Of a stretch of DNA of 64,000 nucleotides, positions 1 to 10,944 are shown piece by piece (within the stretch, counting starts at the first letter, position 1; every line of letters begins with the position of its first letter). Under the pieces are notes generated by a model. That model searched no databases. It was not told the DNA's origin and saw nothing but the letters and a program-made list of their open reading frames with translations. Location: assembly GCA_012965065.1 (NCBI GenBank), contig DTSX01000111.1, forward strand, positions 634-64,633, written 5' to 3'. The translations under genes and the position numbers were made by a program. The stretch comes from Gammaproteobacteria bacterium. GTDB lineage: Bacteria > Pseudomonadota > Gammaproteobacteria > Steroidobacterales > UBA11654.

Positions 1-41
1 TTGGTATAATATTATTTTCCTTACAAAAAAAGTTTTTTGAT

Positions 42-680
42 ATGTTTGAACTCGCATTATCCATTCTTGTTAGTTACCTAATCGGCTCTCTCAATTCGAG
101 TTTAATTCTGGGTAAAATTAATAATTACGATGTCAGAGAGCATGGTAGCGGTAATGCTGGAGCTACCAATACATATAGAATGCATGGGAGAATCCATGGC
201 ACCATAGTTTTTTGTTTTGATTGTTTTAAGGGATTCTTTGCAATCATATTAGCAGAGTCATTAATACTTTCGGGGTTACATAACCCGCTGTTTGATATAG
301 AGATTTATTTATATTTCTCAGCACTTTCTGTTGTTATCGGCCATTGCTATCCTTTATGGTTTCAGTTTAAAGGAGGGAAGGGCGCAGCCACCGGTCTTGG
401 CATTTTTCTATATTTTGAACCCTTTCTAGTAGCACCTTCTCTATTGGTCTGGATGCTGAGCTTAGTCGTCTTTCGTTTTGTAGGTTTGGCGACAATACTC
501 GCGTTTGCATCTCTACCGGTATTTGTTTTCCTGTTTGAAAGACAAAGCTTTGTTAACTTGGTCTTCTTTTCTTTGATTTTAGGATTATTAATTCTATTTA
601 CACATCGTCAAAACATTAACTCAATGCTTAAAGGAACTGAACACAGAGTATCATTTTCACTGAAATCTGATGCAAATTGA
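42..680 (+). CDS. plsY: Glycerol-3-phosphate acyltransferase PlsY
   Basis: 212-aa polytopic membrane ORF with the PlsY signature HGSGNAGATN near the N-terminus. Overlaps the next gene by 11 nt. Confidence 0.85.
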   Translation: MFELALSILVSYLIGSLNSSLILGKINNYDVREHGSGNAGATNTYRMHGRIHGTIVFCFDCFKGFFAIILAESLILSGLHNPLFDIEIYLYFSALSVVIGHCYPLWFQFKGGKGAATGLGIFLYFEPFLVAPSLLVWMLSLVVFRFVGLATILAFASLPVFVFLFERQSFVNLVFFSLILGLLILFTHRQNINSMLKGTEHRVSFSLKSDAN

Positions 681-1641
681 ATCTAGATTGATCAGAATCA
701 TTGCTGATGGCAATGTTTATGAAAAGAAAGATCTTTTGCAATATTTCACCTCAGAAAAAGAACTTAATAAAACCATCAATAACATCAAATCTTATGGGCT
801 AAATTTGATTGAAGAGGGCAATCGTTATCAGTTAGAGGATTCCATAGAATTCCTAAGAAAATCAAAAATTTATGATCATTTGAGTGCATTAGGTTGTGCC
901 CAAAATATTTTCATTTCAGTCAAAAATATAGTGGAATCAACCAGCAGAGAATTTGACACTAGTGACATTAGTACTAAAGAAATAAAAGTAAGCTTAGCAG
1001 AATACCAAACCTCTGGTCGGGGAAGACAGCACCGAACATGGATCTCCCCTTTTGCTTCGGGAGTATGTCTTTCTGTGTACCAAGAAGTCGCCTATGCTAA
1101 TTTTCCAGTTGGATTAAGTGTTTTTATTGGGATTGAGTTGATAAAGTGCCTTAAAAAACTGGGTTTAAGACGGTTGAGAATAAAGTGGCCTAATGATCTT
1201 TATTGTAATGAAAGGAAATTGGGAGGGCTGCTTGTTGAATTGCATCAGAGTAGCTCTTATAAATTGGTTGCAAATGTTGGATTGGGTATAAACTACAAAT
1301 TGCCAGCAATACGGAGCTGGGAGAAAAATCTAGACCATAAACCAATTGGTCTTTCTGAGATTAAAGGAAGCACTTATCTAAACCGTAATCTTTTGACCGC
1401 CCATTTTATACACTCAATCACCAACAGTTTATTAAACTTTAATGGGGATTCTTTGAGAATAACTCAATCTGATTGGGGTGATCTCGATATGCTTTTTGGC
1501 AAAGAATTAAAAATCCAAGTAGGCAGCCAAATCATCAGGGGTATCAATAAGGGCATTGACCGTGAAGGGAGGCTGGTGTTAGAGACGAATGGGGTGGCAA
1601 AAACTATCGTTTCAGGCCATATAATTGACTCGAGCATTTAA
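670..1641 (+). CDS. birA: Bifunctional biotin-[acetyl-CoA-carboxylase] ligase / repressor BirA
   Basis: 323-aa ORF with an N-terminal HTH-like segment and the biotin ligase motif GRGRQHRTW (GRGRxxRxW). Lies upstream of the tRNA-tuf cluster, as birA does in E. coli. Confidence 0.85.
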   Translation: MQIESRLIRIIADGNVYEKKDLLQYFTSEKELNKTINNIKSYGLNLIEEGNRYQLEDSIEFLRKSKIYDHLSALGCAQNIFISVKNIVESTSREFDTSDISTKEIKVSLAEYQTSGRGRQHRTWISPFASGVCLSVYQEVAYANFPVGLSVFIGIELIKCLKKLGLRRLRIKWPNDLYCNERKLGGLLVELHQSSSYKLVANVGLGINYKLPAIRSWEKNLDHKPIGLSEIKGSTYLNRNLLTAHFIHSITNSLLNFNGDSLRITQSDWGDLDMLFGKELKIQVGSQIIRGINKGIDREGRLVLETNGVAKTIVSGHIIDSSI

Positions 1642-1727
1642 TTCTCATCCTATCTGTTAATATCGAGCAAAATGTTTATAATTCACCCACAAAATAAGAC
1701 TCAAATGTTTTCATTTGTTGGTAAAAC

Positions 1728-1804
1728 GCCGGAATAGCTCAATTTGGTAGAGCAACCGCCTTGTAAGCGGTAGGTTGGGGGTTCAATTCCCTCTTCCGGC
1801 ACCA
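1728..1804 (+). tRNA. thrU: tRNA-Thr (anticodon UGU)
   Basis: Hand-folded cloverleaf: acceptor GCCGGAA/TTCCGGC, anticodon stem ACCGC/GCGGT, loop CTTGTAA, T-loop TTCAATT, encoded CCA. Confidence 0.9.
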
Positions 1805-1879
1805 CCGTTGTGCATCAAAAATTATTTATTTTTGTTGACACCTAAAGTAGTTAATCAGAAAATAGTGGGTTATGTCCGC

Positions 1880-1964
1880 GGAGGGGTACCCAAGCGGTCA
1901 ACGGGGGCAGACTGTAAATCTGCTGGCTTAGCCTTCGTAGGTTCGAATCCTACCCCCTCCACCA
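1880..1964 (+). tRNA. tyrU: tRNA-Tyr (anticodon GUA), long variable arm
   Basis: Acceptor GGAGGGG/CCCCTCC, anticodon loop containing GTA (GCAGACTGTAAATCTGC), long extra arm, T-loop GGTTCGAATCC, encoded CCA. 85 nt. Confidence 0.9.
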
Positions 1965-2008
1965 ATAGTAATAGTAATTACAAGGTGGAAAAAGGCTAAC
2001 AGAAAACA

Positions 2009-2036
2009 TTGACGATGAGAAAATATGTTGTATATT
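2009..2036 (+). promoter_or_regulatory. Candidate sigma70 promoter inside the tRNA cluster (TTGACG-16 nt-TATATT)
   Basis: TTGACG at 2009-2014, a 16-nt spacer, and TATATT at 2031-2036, about 38 nt upstream of tRNA-Gly. Based on hexamer match only, in AT-rich DNA. Confidence 0.35.
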
Positions 2037-2074
2037 GCGAATAAAAATAACGAGTTGGGGCACATCGTTCTTGT

Positions 2075-2148
<74 letters not shown>

Positions 2149-2169
2149 TTCTATCAAGGAAGTGCATCT

Positions 2170-2242
<73 letters not shown>

Positions 2243-2300
2243 GAGATTATAGATAACATAAGGATCAATATAATTTAATTTAATAGGGAGTTTAAAAGTT

Positions 2301-3491
2301 ATGGCTAAAGAGAAGTTTGAACGAAATAAAATGCACATCAATGTTGGAACCATCGGTCACGTAGATCATGGTAAAACCACGTTGACAGCTGCTTTGACTA
2401 AAGTAAGTGCTGCCAAGTATGGTGGTGATGTTTCTTCATTTGACGATATAGATAATGCTCCTGAAGAAAAGGAAAGAGGCATAACTATCGCAACAGCTCA
2501 TGTTGAGTATGAAAGTGATACTAGACACTACGCGCACGTTGATTGTCCGGGACATGCCGATTACGTTAAAAATATGATAACCGGTGCTGCTCAAATGGAC
2601 GGAGCGATTTTGGTTGTATCCGCTGCTGATGGCCCGATGCCTCAAACTAGAGAGCATATTCTCCTAGCTAGAAATGTCGGTGTTCCCAATATTGTTGTTT
2701 ACCTTAATAAAGCAGACCAAGTAGACGATGAAGAGCTTGTTGAGCTTGTTGAGATGGAATTGAGAGAATTGCTATCAGAGTACAATTTTCCCGGGGATGA
2801 TGTCCCTATCATAACGGGAAGCGCCCTTAAGGCTTTGGAAGGAGATACCGGCGACTTAGGCAGCGTAAGTATTGAGAAACTTGTCGCAACAATGGATGAA
2901 TATTTTCCAGAACCTGAAAGAGCAATTGATGGTGATTATTTAATGCCCATTGAAGATGTATTTTCCATTTCAGGAAGAGGTACGGTGGTTACTGGTCGGA
3001 TAGAAAGGGGAATCGTCAAAGTTAATGATAAGGTTGCAATTATTGGCATCAAAGACACTCAGGAATCGGTATGTACTGGCGTTGAAATGTTCCGAAAATT
3101 ACTTGACCAAGGTCAAGCTGGCGATAATGTTGGGGTATTGCTTCGGGGCACCAAACGAGAAGAAGTTGAGCGAGGACAAGTGCTCGCAAAACCCGGTAGC
3201 ATAACACCCCACACAAAGTTTGAAGCTGATGTTTATGCACTATCCAAAGAAGAAGGTGGCAGACACAAGCCTTTCTTTAATGGCTACCGCCCACAATTCT
3301 ATTTTCGCACAACAGACGTAACCGGAGCCGTTACTCTCTCAGAGGGTTCGGAGATGGTGATGCCTGGTGATGATACAAGCCTCACAGTTGAGTTAATTGC
3401 ACCCATAGCAATGGAAGAACAAGTTCGTTTTTCCATTCGTGAGGGTGGTAGAACTGTTGGGTCTGGAGTGGTAACAAAAATTATCGAGTAA
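2301..3491 (+). CDS. tuf: Elongation factor Tu
   Basis: 396 aa with [17 protein letters not shown] and NKAD GTPase motifs. Full-length similarity to EF-Tu by eye. Confidence 0.98.
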   Translation: MAKEKFERNKMHINVGTIGHVDHGKTTLTAALTKVSAAKYGGDVSSFDDIDNAPEEKERGITIATAHVEYESDTRHYAHVDCPGHADYVKNMITGAAQMDGAILVVSAADGPMPQTREHILLARNVGVPNIVVYLNKADQVDDEELVELVEMELRELLSEYNFPGDDVPIITGSALKALEGDTGDLGSVSIEKLVATMDEYFPEPERAIDGDYLMPIEDVFSISGRGTVVTGRIERGIVKVNDKVAIIGIKDTQESVCTGVEMFRKLLDQGQAGDNVGVLLRGTKREEVERGQVLAKPGSITPHTKFEADVYALSKEEGGRHKPFFNGYRPQFYFRTTDVTGAVTLSEGSEMVMPGDDTSLTVELIAPIAMEEQVRFSIREGGRTVGSGVVTKIIE

Positions 3492-3500
3492 AGCTACAAA

Positions 3501-3576
3501 AGGCCAGTAGCTCAACTGGTAGAGCGGCGGTCTCCAAAACCGCAGGTTGGGGGTTCGAGTCCCTCCTGGCCTGCCA
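3501..3576 (+). tRNA. trpT: tRNA-Trp (anticodon CCA)
   Basis: Acceptor AGGCCAG/CTGGCCT, anticodon loop CTCCAAA, T-loop GGTTCGAGTCC, encoded CCA. The tuf-secE spacer is a common location for it. Confidence 0.9.
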
Positions 3577-3603
3577 GAGTAAGGAACCATTGGGGTTAAT
3601 ATT

Positions 3604-3975
3604 ATGAATGACAATACAGGACAACAACAATCAAGTTTGCTTGATACAGTTAAACTTTTAGGATCGGTTCTGGTCCTTTTAGCGGGTATTGTTTCCTATT
3701 ACTATTTAATTCAGATATCAATACTCTTTAGGGTTTTGATAATTTTAGCTTCGGTTGTTGTAGCTCTTGTAATTTTTTTCCAGACCCTTAGAGGTAAAAC
3801 ATTGTGGGAATTCTTCCAAGGATCAAGGGTTGAAATTAAAAAAGTTATTTGGCCAACGAGACAGGAAACATTGCAGACTACCCTAACGGTCTTTGTCTTT
3901 GTTTTGATAATGGGCATATTTTTTTGGGTGCTTGACTTTCTGTTACTTTTTCTTACAAATTCAATTACTTCTTAG
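3604..3975 (+). CDS. secE: Preprotein translocase subunit SecE
   Basis: 123-aa protein with three hydrophobic segments, directly upstream of nusG (conserved secE-nusG pair). Confidence 0.8.
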   Translation: MNDNTGQQQSSLLDTVKLLGSVLVLLAGIVSYYYLIQISILFRVLIILASVVVALVIFFQTLRGKTLWEFFQGSRVEIKKVIWPTRQETLQTTLTVFVFVLIMGIFFWVLDFLLLFLTNSITS

Positions 3976-3994
3976 AAGCTAGAAGGAAATACTT

Positions 3995-4528
3995 ATGGAA
4001 TATCAGTGGTACGTTTTGCAGGTCTTTTCAAATTATGAAAAAAAAGTTCTAACAATGCTGGAAGACAGAAGTAAAGTACTGGGTCTGTCAGAACAATTTG
4101 CTGATATTGTTGTCCCAACTGAAGAGATCGTTGAAATGAAAGGAGGCCAGAAGAAAACAACCGAAAGAAAATTTTTTCCTGGGTATGTTTTGGTCAATAT
4201 GAATTTAAATGATGAAACATGGCACTTTGTAAACTCTATACCGAATGTCATGGGGTTTGTAGGAGGTAGCAGTGAAAAGCCAGCTCCTATTTCTGATAGG
4301 GAAGTAATGATTATATTAAATAAAGCTGAGGATGCTGCTAATGCCCCCAGACCAAAAATAACCTATCAACCTGGAGAAGTTGTGCGGGTCATTGAGGGCC
4401 CTTTCAATGATTTCAATGGTGTTGTTGAGAAGGTGAATTATGAGAAAAATAAGCTTTTTGTGGCAGTACAGATTTTGGGAAGAGCAACACCAGTTGAACT
4501 GAATTTTAACCAGGTTGAGAAATCCTAA
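3995..4528 (+). CDS. nusG: Transcription termination/antitermination factor NusG
   Basis: 177 aa. N-terminal WYVLQV...YEKKV NGN domain and C-terminal KOW segment (GEVVRVIEGPFNDFNGVV). Confidence 0.95.
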   Translation: MEYQWYVLQVFSNYEKKVLTMLEDRSKVLGLSEQFADIVVPTEEIVEMKGGQKKTTERKFFPGYVLVNMNLNDETWHFVNSIPNVMGFVGGSSEKPAPISDREVMIILNKAEDAANAPRPKITYQPGEVVRVIEGPFNDFNGVVEKVNYEKNKLFVAVQILGRATPVELNFNQVEKS

Positions 4529-4569
4529 TCAATAAATAAAATAATTACTCTTTTTAAGAGGAAGATTGC

Positions 4570-5022
4570 ATGGCGAAGAGAAAGAATAAAAAATTAGAAT
4601 GTGTTGTCAGGTTGCAAATCCCAGCAGGCCAGGCAAATCCAAGCCCACCTGTTGGCCCTGCTCTTGGTCAAGTTGGCTTAAACATCATGGAGTTTTGCAA
4701 TGCCTTCAATGCGAAAACAGCTGATGCAGAGCCAGGTATCTTAATTCCTGTGGTTATTGACGTCTATAAAAATAAAACCTTTACATTCATCACAAAAACG
4801 CCACCAGCATCAACTTTACTGAAAAAAGCTGCCGGTATCGCCAAGGGTAGTGGTGAACCAAACACAGAAAAAGTTGGAAAGATTAATCAAAAACAATTGG
4901 AGGAAATTGCACAAATAAAAGCACCTGACCTGAATGCTATTGAGATAGAAGCAGCTATGAAGATCATAGCTGGCACAGCAAGAAGTATGGGATTGGAAGT
5001 AGAGGGTCAAAGCGATGAGTAA
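4570..5022 (+). CDS. rplK: 50S ribosomal protein L11
   Basis: [17 protein letters not shown] signature. 150 aa, slightly longer than E. coli at both ends. Overlaps rplA by 8 nt. Confidence 0.97.
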   Translation: MAKRKNKKLECVVRLQIPAGQANPSPPVGPALGQVGLNIMEFCNAFNAKTADAEPGILIPVVIDVYKNKTFTFITKTPPASTLLKKAAGIAKGSGEPNTEKVGKINQKQLEEIAQIKAPDLNAIEIEAAMKIIAGTARSMGLEVEGQSDE

Positions 5023-5704
5023 GTCATCTAAAAGAATGGCAGTTAATCGGGAGTCTATAGATTCCAATCAACACTACAGTCTTGATGAAGCAATTTCTCT
5101 TTTGAAGAAAACTAGCAATGCAAAATTCAATGAAACCATTGATATTGCAATTAACTTAGGAATTGATGCTAAAAAATCGGACCAAAATGTAAGAGGGTCG
5201 ATGGTGTTGCCGAATGGCACTGGAAAAACATTGAGAGTTATTGTTTTTGCACAGAGTGAACAAGTAGACGCCGCAAAAAATGCTGGTGCTGACAAAGTTG
5301 GTTTTGAAGATTTAGCTGAGGAAATCAAATCAGGTTTTAGCGAATTTGATGTGGTAATAGCAACGCCAGACACTATGAGAATCGTAGGACAGTTAGGCAA
5401 GATACTTGGCCCCAAAGGCATGATGCCTAATCCGAAGGATGGAACAGTTACAAAGAATGTTGAAGATGCAGTGATTAAAGCCAAAACAGGCCAGATAAGA
5501 TTTAGAAATGACAAAGGTGGAGTTGTGCACTGTCCTATAGGAAAAATAGATTTTTCAGAGGAATCGATAAAAGAAAACCTAGAGTCTTTGTTGGGTGCAA
5601 TTATGAAAAGTAAGCCATCTTCTGCAAAAGGTGCGTTTATCAAAAAAGTGACCGTTTCATCTACCATGGGTCCAGGCATAACAATTGATCACAGCACAAT
5701 CTAA
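5015..5704 (+). CDS. rplA: 50S ribosomal protein L1
   Basis: 229 aa. Carries L1 motifs ([27 protein letters not shown]) and follows rplK. Confidence 0.97.
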   Translation: MSKSSKRMAVNRESIDSNQHYSLDEAISLLKKTSNAKFNETIDIAINLGIDAKKSDQNVRGSMVLPNGTGKTLRVIVFAQSEQVDAAKNAGADKVGFEDLAEEIKSGFSEFDVVIATPDTMRIVGQLGKILGPKGMMPNPKDGTVTKNVEDAVIKAKTGQIRFRNDKGGVVHCPIGKIDFSEESIKENLESLLGAIMKSKPSSAKGAFIKKVTVSSTMGPGITIDHSTI

Positions 5705-5722
5705 AATTTATGAGTACTGATT

Positions 5723-6253
5723 ATGCCCCTAACAATTGAAGATAAACAACGTGTAGTCCGGGAGCTGAATGCAACAGCAAGCTCATCTATTGCCGGTGCA
5801 ATAGCTGATTATAGTGGACTTAATGTTACTGAGATTACCCAACTACGCACTAAAGCTAGGGAATCAGGCGTCTATCTTAAAGTGGTGAAAAATACTTTGA
5901 GCAAAAGAGCATTTTCAGATACAAGTTTTGAGTGTCTTACAGAGAATTTGAAAGGACCTATCATAATTGCGCTCTCAAAAGATGATCTAGCTTCACCAGC
6001 AAGATTATTTAAAAACTTTAGTAAAGACTATGAGCAACTGAAAACCATCAGTTTGGTTATAGATGGTAATACTTTTCCTGCCTCTGACTTGGATAGAATT
6101 GCAAAACTACCAACCCAGCAAGAAGCGTATTCAATTATTGCTTGTCTTTTGCAAGCACCTATAGAAAAAGCAGTTAGAACGTTAAAAGAAATACCAACTA
6201 AATTCACAAGAATGACAGTTGCTGTCAAAGATAATAAAGAAAAGGTTTCCTAA
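5723..6253 (+). CDS. rplJ: 50S ribosomal protein L10
   Basis: 176 aa, placed between rplA and rplL. L10-like N-terminus (K..VV.EL......S...A.ADY.GL.V..IT.LR). Confidence 0.93.
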   Translation: MPLTIEDKQRVVRELNATASSSIAGAIADYSGLNVTEITQLRTKARESGVYLKVVKNTLSKRAFSDTSFECLTENLKGPIIIALSKDDLASPARLFKNFSKDYEQLKTISLVIDGNTFPASDLDRIAKLPTQQEAYSIIACLLQAPIEKAVRTLKEIPTKFTRMTVAVKDNKEKVS

Positions 6254-6307
6254 GGGAATTTTTTTATATAAAATGTCCATCCTTTTGGGCTCATTGAGGA
6301 GAATGTA

Positions 6308-6703
6308 ATGGCTAAAAGTAACATAGCATCAAGAGAGGAACTTTTGGAAGCTATTTCAAAAATGTCGGTTATGGATCTGGTGGAATTGATTTCCGAAATG
6401 GAAGAGAAATTTGGTGTTAGTGCATCAGCACCTGCTCCAGTTGCAGCTGCCGCAACAGCTGGTGAAGAACCATCAGACAAGGAAGATGAACAAACTGAAT
6501 TTGACCTTATATTAAAAAGTTTTGGTGATAATAAGATTGCTGTTATCAAAGCTGTTCGGGCCATTACTAGCTTAGGACTCAAGGATGCTAAGGACATGGT
6601 GGAAGGGGCACCGATAACAATACAAGAAGCGGTCTCAAAAAAGGAAGCGGAAGAAATGACAAAACAGCTAGAAGACTCTGGCGCTGTTGTAGAGCTGAAG
6701 TAA
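6308..6703 (+). CDS. rplL: 50S ribosomal protein L7/L12
   Basis: 131 aa with an Ala/Pro hinge ([15 protein letters not shown]) and the conserved C-terminal domain [27 protein letters not shown]. Confidence 0.97.
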   Translation: MAKSNIASREELLEAISKMSVMDLVELISEMEEKFGVSASAPAPVAAAATAGEEPSDKEDEQTEFDLILKSFGDNKIAVIKAVRAITSLGLKDAKDMVEGAPITIQEAVSKKEAEEMTKQLEDSGAVVELK

Positions 6704-6756
6704 CTTTAACTGATAGCTCATAGTTTACTCTGCATGTATTTTAGATAACACATAAA

Positions 6757-6791
6757 CACACTCAGTAGATGGGTAGGTCTGCTGCTGTGTG
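6757..6791 (+). terminator. Candidate rplL-rpoB attenuator hairpin
   Basis: CACAC(T)CAGTAG pairs with CTGCTG(CT)GTGTG (5 + 6 bp with a small internal loop and a 10-nt loop), followed by ATTATTATTT. E. coli has a partial terminator in the same spacer. Confidence 0.35.
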
Positions 6792-6816
6792 ATTATTATT
6801 TAAGCCATCAAACAAT

Positions 6817-9800
6817 ATGACATATTCATTTACTGAAAAAAAACGAATTCGTAAAGATTTTGGAAAGCAAAAATCAGCGCTTGATGTTCCAAATTTACTT
6901 TTAATACAGCTCGACTCTTACAATGTTTTTTTGCAAAAAGATATTAACCCAGAAAAAAGAGAAAATACCGGCCTGGAAGCAGCTTTTAATACACTGTTTC
7001 CCATTGAAAGTTTTTCCAAGAATGCGAAGTTGGAATTTCTCAGTTATAGATTAGAAGAACCAATGTTTAGCGTTAGAGAATGCCAGCTCAGAGGATTATC
7101 CTACTCAGCTCCTCTAAGAGTTAAAACTAAATTAACAACTTATAACAAGGAGACCGGGAAACACACAGTTAAGGAAGTTAAAAATATAAAAGTATCTGGA
7201 GACACTACGGATGTTTATTTTGGTGAAATTCCATTAATGACCGAACATGGAACTTTTGTTATCAATGGAACAGACAGGGTAATTGTATCTCAGTTGCACA
7301 GATCCCCAGGTGTATTCTTTGATCATGACAAAGGGCTACACAGTTCTGGAAAACTTCTTTTTTCAGCTCGGGTTATTCCCTATAGAGGTTCATGGTTAGA
7401 TTTTGAATTCGATGCCAAGGATGCAATTTTTGCAAGAATTGATCGCCGCAGAAAGATACCTGTGACTGTCATACTCCATGCATTGGATTTATCAGATGAG
7501 GAAATACTAGATACCTTCTTTGAAAAAGACAAATATAGCATCTCAAAAAAAGACATTAAACTGAAAATAAATCCAGATCACCTGAAAGGAACAGTTTCGG
7601 ATTTTGATATTAAAGTTGGACGGAAACTGATCGTTGGTAAAGGAAATATGGTTAATGTTGGCCACTTAAAACAACTTAAAAATTCTGGGGTGAAGGGTGC
7701 TTACTTAACTGTCCCAGCAGAACACCTAGAAGATAAAATCATGTCCCAAGATGTAATTGATCAAGAAACAGGAGAGCTTTTGGTATCTGCAAATGAAATA
7801 CTCACAGCTGATAAAATAGAACTTCTGATTGCGAATGGCATTAAAGAAATAGAAACGATCTATATCAATGATCTAGACCATGGTTCCTACATCTCAAACT
7901 CTCTCAGAATTGACCCATCATCCTCAAAGCTAGAGGCACTGGTAGAAATATATAGGATGATGCGACCTGGAGAGCCGCCAACCAAAGACTCATCAGAAAA
8001 CCTCTTCCAGAATCTTTTTTTTAATCCAGAAAGATATGATTTGTCTGACGTTGGTAGGATGAAATTCAACAGAAGAATTGGTAAAAAGTCAGATTCTGGT
8101 TCATCCATTCTCAGCAAAGAAGACATTATTGATGTACTTAAAACTTTGATCAATATAAGGAATAGTAAAGACACTGTTGACGATATTGATCACTTAGGAA
8201 ATAGAAGGATTAGGACAGTTGGGGAAATGACTGAAAATGCATTCCGAGTAGGACTGGTTAGAGTAGAGAGAGCGGTAAAAGATAGACTCTCCCTGGTTGA
8301 AACTGAAGAACTTATGCCCAGAGATCTAATTAATTCAAAGCCAGTTTCTGCAGCTATAAAGGAGTTCTTTGGGTCAAGTCAATTATCTCAATTCATGGAT
8401 CAAAATAATCCACTTTCTGAAATTGCTCATAAGAGAAGAATCTCCGCTTTAGGTCCAGGAGGTTTGACCAGAGAAAGAGCAGGATTTGAAGTCAGAGATG
8501 TTCACCCCACACATTATGGTAGGGTTTGTCCGATAGAAACACCTGAGGGACCCAATATTGGTTTAATTAATTCCTTGGCGCTGTATGCAAAAGTCAACAA
8601 GTTTGGATTCTTAGAAACTCCTTACCAAAAAGTTGTTAAGGGTAAGGTAACCAAAAAAATTGAATACTTATCCGCCATTGATGAGAGTCAATACGTCATC
8701 GCTCAGGCGAATACTCCAATTGATGCACAAAATCGTTTACAAGGAGAGCTCATTTCTTCCCGATACAACAATGAATTTAGTTTGATGCCAGTAGATAAGA
8801 TTGACTATATGGATGTGTCACCAAAACAGATTGTTTCAATTGCAGCTTCCCTTATACCATTTTTGGAGCATGATGATGCAAACCGTGCCTTAATGGGCTC
8901 CAATATGCAGCGGCAAGCTGTGCCTACCCTTTTAGCAGAAACCCCTCTTGTTGGAACGGGCATGGAAAGAATCGTTGCAACTGATTCTGGTGTAACAATA
9001 ATTGCAAAGCGGAGTGGTGTTGTGGATTCTGTTGATGCGTCAAGAATTGTGATTGCTGTAGATGATGAAGAGACTCAATCTGGTGAATCCGGTGTGGATA
9101 TTTATAGCCTGACTAAATATACAAGATCCAATCAAAATACGTGCATTAACCAAAGACCCCTGGTCAAAGTCAGGGATAAAATCAGTATTGGAGATGTTAT
9201 AGCTGATGGAGCTTCAACAAGCTTAGGAGAACTGGCTATTGGTCAAAATTTATTGGTAGCCTTCATGCCTTGGAATGGGTTCAATTTTGAAGATTCTATT
9301 CTGATTTCTGAAAAAGTAGTAAAAGAGGATAGATTTACTACGATTCATATTGAGGAATTGCAGTGTATTGCAAGGGACACAAAGTTAGGATCAGAAGAAA
9401 TTACAGCAGATATTCCAAATGTTGGAGATGCTGCGCTGAGAAAACTGGATGAGTCGGGAATAGCTTACATCGGTGCGGAAGTAGTAGCTGGAGATATTTT
9501 AGTTGGCAAAATTACTCCTAAGGGGGAAACACAGCTTTCTCCAGAAGAAAAATTACTGAGAGCTATTTTTGGAGAAAAAGCGAGTGATGTTAAAGATACA
9601 TCATTGAGAGTCCCCTCTGGCATGGATGGTGCCGTTATTGATGTGAGGGTTTTCTCTAGAGAAGGAGTGGAAAAAGATGACCGAGCCAATACGATTGAAG
9701 CTTCTGATGTAGATGCTGTTAAGAAAGACTTAAACGATCAACAGCGAATTGTGGAAGACGACATTTATAACAGAATAGAAAAGCTGCTCCTAAATAAAAT

Positions 9801-10932
9801 GGCAAAAGTTGGGAGAAAGACAAAAAAGATAAGCAAAGATGATCTTGAAAAATTAAACCGCGACAAATGGTTTGGCATCAAGCTAAAGGATAAAAAGAAA
9901 AATTCAGAATTAGAAAGCTATTACCAACGCTTGCAACTTCTTGAGGAAGAATTTCAAGGCAAGTTGCAAGCGGCAAAAAATAAAATAGAAGCTGCTGATG
10001 AGCTTGCCCCGGGTGTATTAAAGATGGTCAAGGTTTTTTTAGCTGTCAAGAGAAGAATTCAGCCAGGCGATAAAATAGCAGGTAGGCATGGTAATAAAGG
10101 AGTTATATCTAGAATAGTGCCAGTAGAAGATATGCCCTATATGGAAGATGGGACAACAGTTGATATTGTTTTAAATCCACTGGGTGTGCCTTCAAGAATG
10201 AATGTCGGACAAGTTTTAGAAACACACCTTGGTTGGGCCGCTAAAGAATTGGGAGTAAAGATACAAAGCCTTTTAAAAGATAACACTGGCAAGCAAGTTA
10301 AGAAGATTAAAGATTTTCTCAGCAAGATATACAATTCTGGTGCCCAAGGTTCAAAGATTAATTTATCTAAATTTTCGGATGATGAAATAATAGAATTAGC
10401 ACATAACTTGAAGGACGGTGTGCCTATGGCGACGCCTGTTTTTGATGGTGCTCATGAGTCTGAAATTAAGGATTTATTAGAATTAGCAGGACTTCCCACA
10501 ACTGGGCAAACTGAATTAATTGATGGCAGAACAGGAACACTATTCGCTAGACCAGTGACTATAGGCTATATGTACATGTTGAAACTGAATCATTTAGTCG
10601 ATGATAAAATGCATGCAAGATCAACAGGTCCTTATAGCCTTGTAACTCAGCAACCTCTCGGTGGCAAAGCCCAATTTGGAGGTCAGCGATTCGGTGAGAT
10701 GGAAGTTTGGGCACTTGAAGCCTATGGTGCCGCACACACTCTAAGAGAGCTGCTTACTTACAAGTCAGATGATGTACAAGGCAGAACAAGAATGTACAAG
10801 CAGATTGTAGATGGTACCAACGAAGTTGAAACCGGTATGCCTGAGTCATTTAATGTTTTAATGAAAGAAATTCGATCGTTGGGCCTAAATATAGATTTGA
10901 TTGAAACTTCGGCTGCTGCCAAACGCAAATAA
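6817..10932 (+). CDS. rpoB: DNA-directed RNA polymerase subunit beta
   Basis: 1371 aa with many invariant blocks (for example [13 protein letters not shown] and [29 protein letters not shown]). Confidence 0.99.
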   Translation: MTYSFTEKKRIRKDFGKQKSALDVPNLLLIQLDSYNVFLQKDINPEKRENTGLEAAFNTLFPIESFSKNAKLEFLSYRLEEPMFSVRECQLRGLSYSAPLRVKTKLTTYNKETGKHTVKEVKNIKVSGDTTDVYFGEIPLMTEHGTFVINGTDRVIVSQLHRSPGVFFDHDKGLHSSGKLLFSARVIPYRGSWLDFEFDAKDAIFARIDRRRKIPVTVILHALDLSDEEILDTFFEKDKYSISKKDIKLKINPDHLKGTVSDFDIKVGRKLIVGKGNMVNVGHLKQLKNSGVKGAYLTVPAEHLEDKIMSQDVIDQETGELLVSANEILTADKIELLIANGIKEIETIYINDLDHGSYISNSLRIDPSSSKLEALVEIYRMMRPGEPPTKDSSENLFQNLFFNPERYDLSDVGRMKFNRRIGKKSDSGSSILSKEDIIDVLKTLINIRNSKDTVDDIDHLGNRRIRTVGEMTENAFRVGLVRVERAVKDRLSLVETEELMPRDLINSKPVSAAIKEFFGSSQLSQFMDQNNPLSEIAHKRRISALGPGGLTRERAGFEVRDVHPTHYGRVCPIETPEGPNIGLINSLALYAKVNKFGFLETPYQKVVKGKVTKKIEYLSAIDESQYVIAQANTPIDAQNRLQGELISSRYNNEFSLMPVDKIDYMDVSPKQIVSIAASLIPFLEHDDANRALMGSNMQRQAVPTLLAETPLVGTGMERIVATDSGVTIIAKRSGVVDSVDASRIVIAVDDEETQSGESGVDIYSLTKYTRSNQNTCINQRPLVKVRDKISIGDVIADGASTSLGELAIGQNLLVAFMPWNGFNFEDSILISEKVVKEDRFTTIHIEELQCIARDTKLGSEEITADIPNVGDAALRKLDESGIAYIGAEVVAGDILVGKITPKGETQLSPEEKLLRAIFGEKASDVKDTSLRVPSGMDGAVIDVRVFSREGVEKDDRANTIEASDVDAVKKDLNDQQRIVEDDIYNRIEKLLLNKMAKVGRKTKKISKDDLEKLNRDKWFGIKLKDKKKNSELESYYQRLQLLEEEFQGKLQAAKNKIEAADELAPGVLKMVKVFLAVKRRIQPGDKIAGRHGNKGVISRIVPVEDMPYMEDGTTVDIVLNPLGVPSRMNVGQVLETHLGWAAKELGVKIQSLLKDNTGKQVKKIKDFLSKIYNSGAQGSKINLSKFSDDEIIELAHNLKDGVPMATPVFDGAHESEIKDLLELAGLPTTGQTELIDGRTGTLFARPVTIGYMYMLKLNHLVDDKMHARSTGPYSLVTQQPLGGKAQFGGQRFGEMEVWALEAYGAAHTLRELLTYKSDDVQGRTRMYKQIVDGTNEVETGMPESFNVLMKEIRSLGLNIDLIETSAAAKRK

Positions 10933-10944
10933 GGAACACCCTTT

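Noticed and set aside
5074-5679. Long antisense ORFs opposite highly expressed genes: 5074-5679 (201 aa, opposite rplA), 6250-6597 (rplL), 15792-16265 (rpsG/fusA), 22212-22547 (rpsC), 29363-29836 (rpsK), and others
   Set aside because: These are classic shadow ORFs produced by codon bias of the sense gene. Their composition is low-complexity (Ser/Leu/Pro/Ile-rich), they have no Shine-Dalgarno sites, and each is fully contained within a confidently identified gene.
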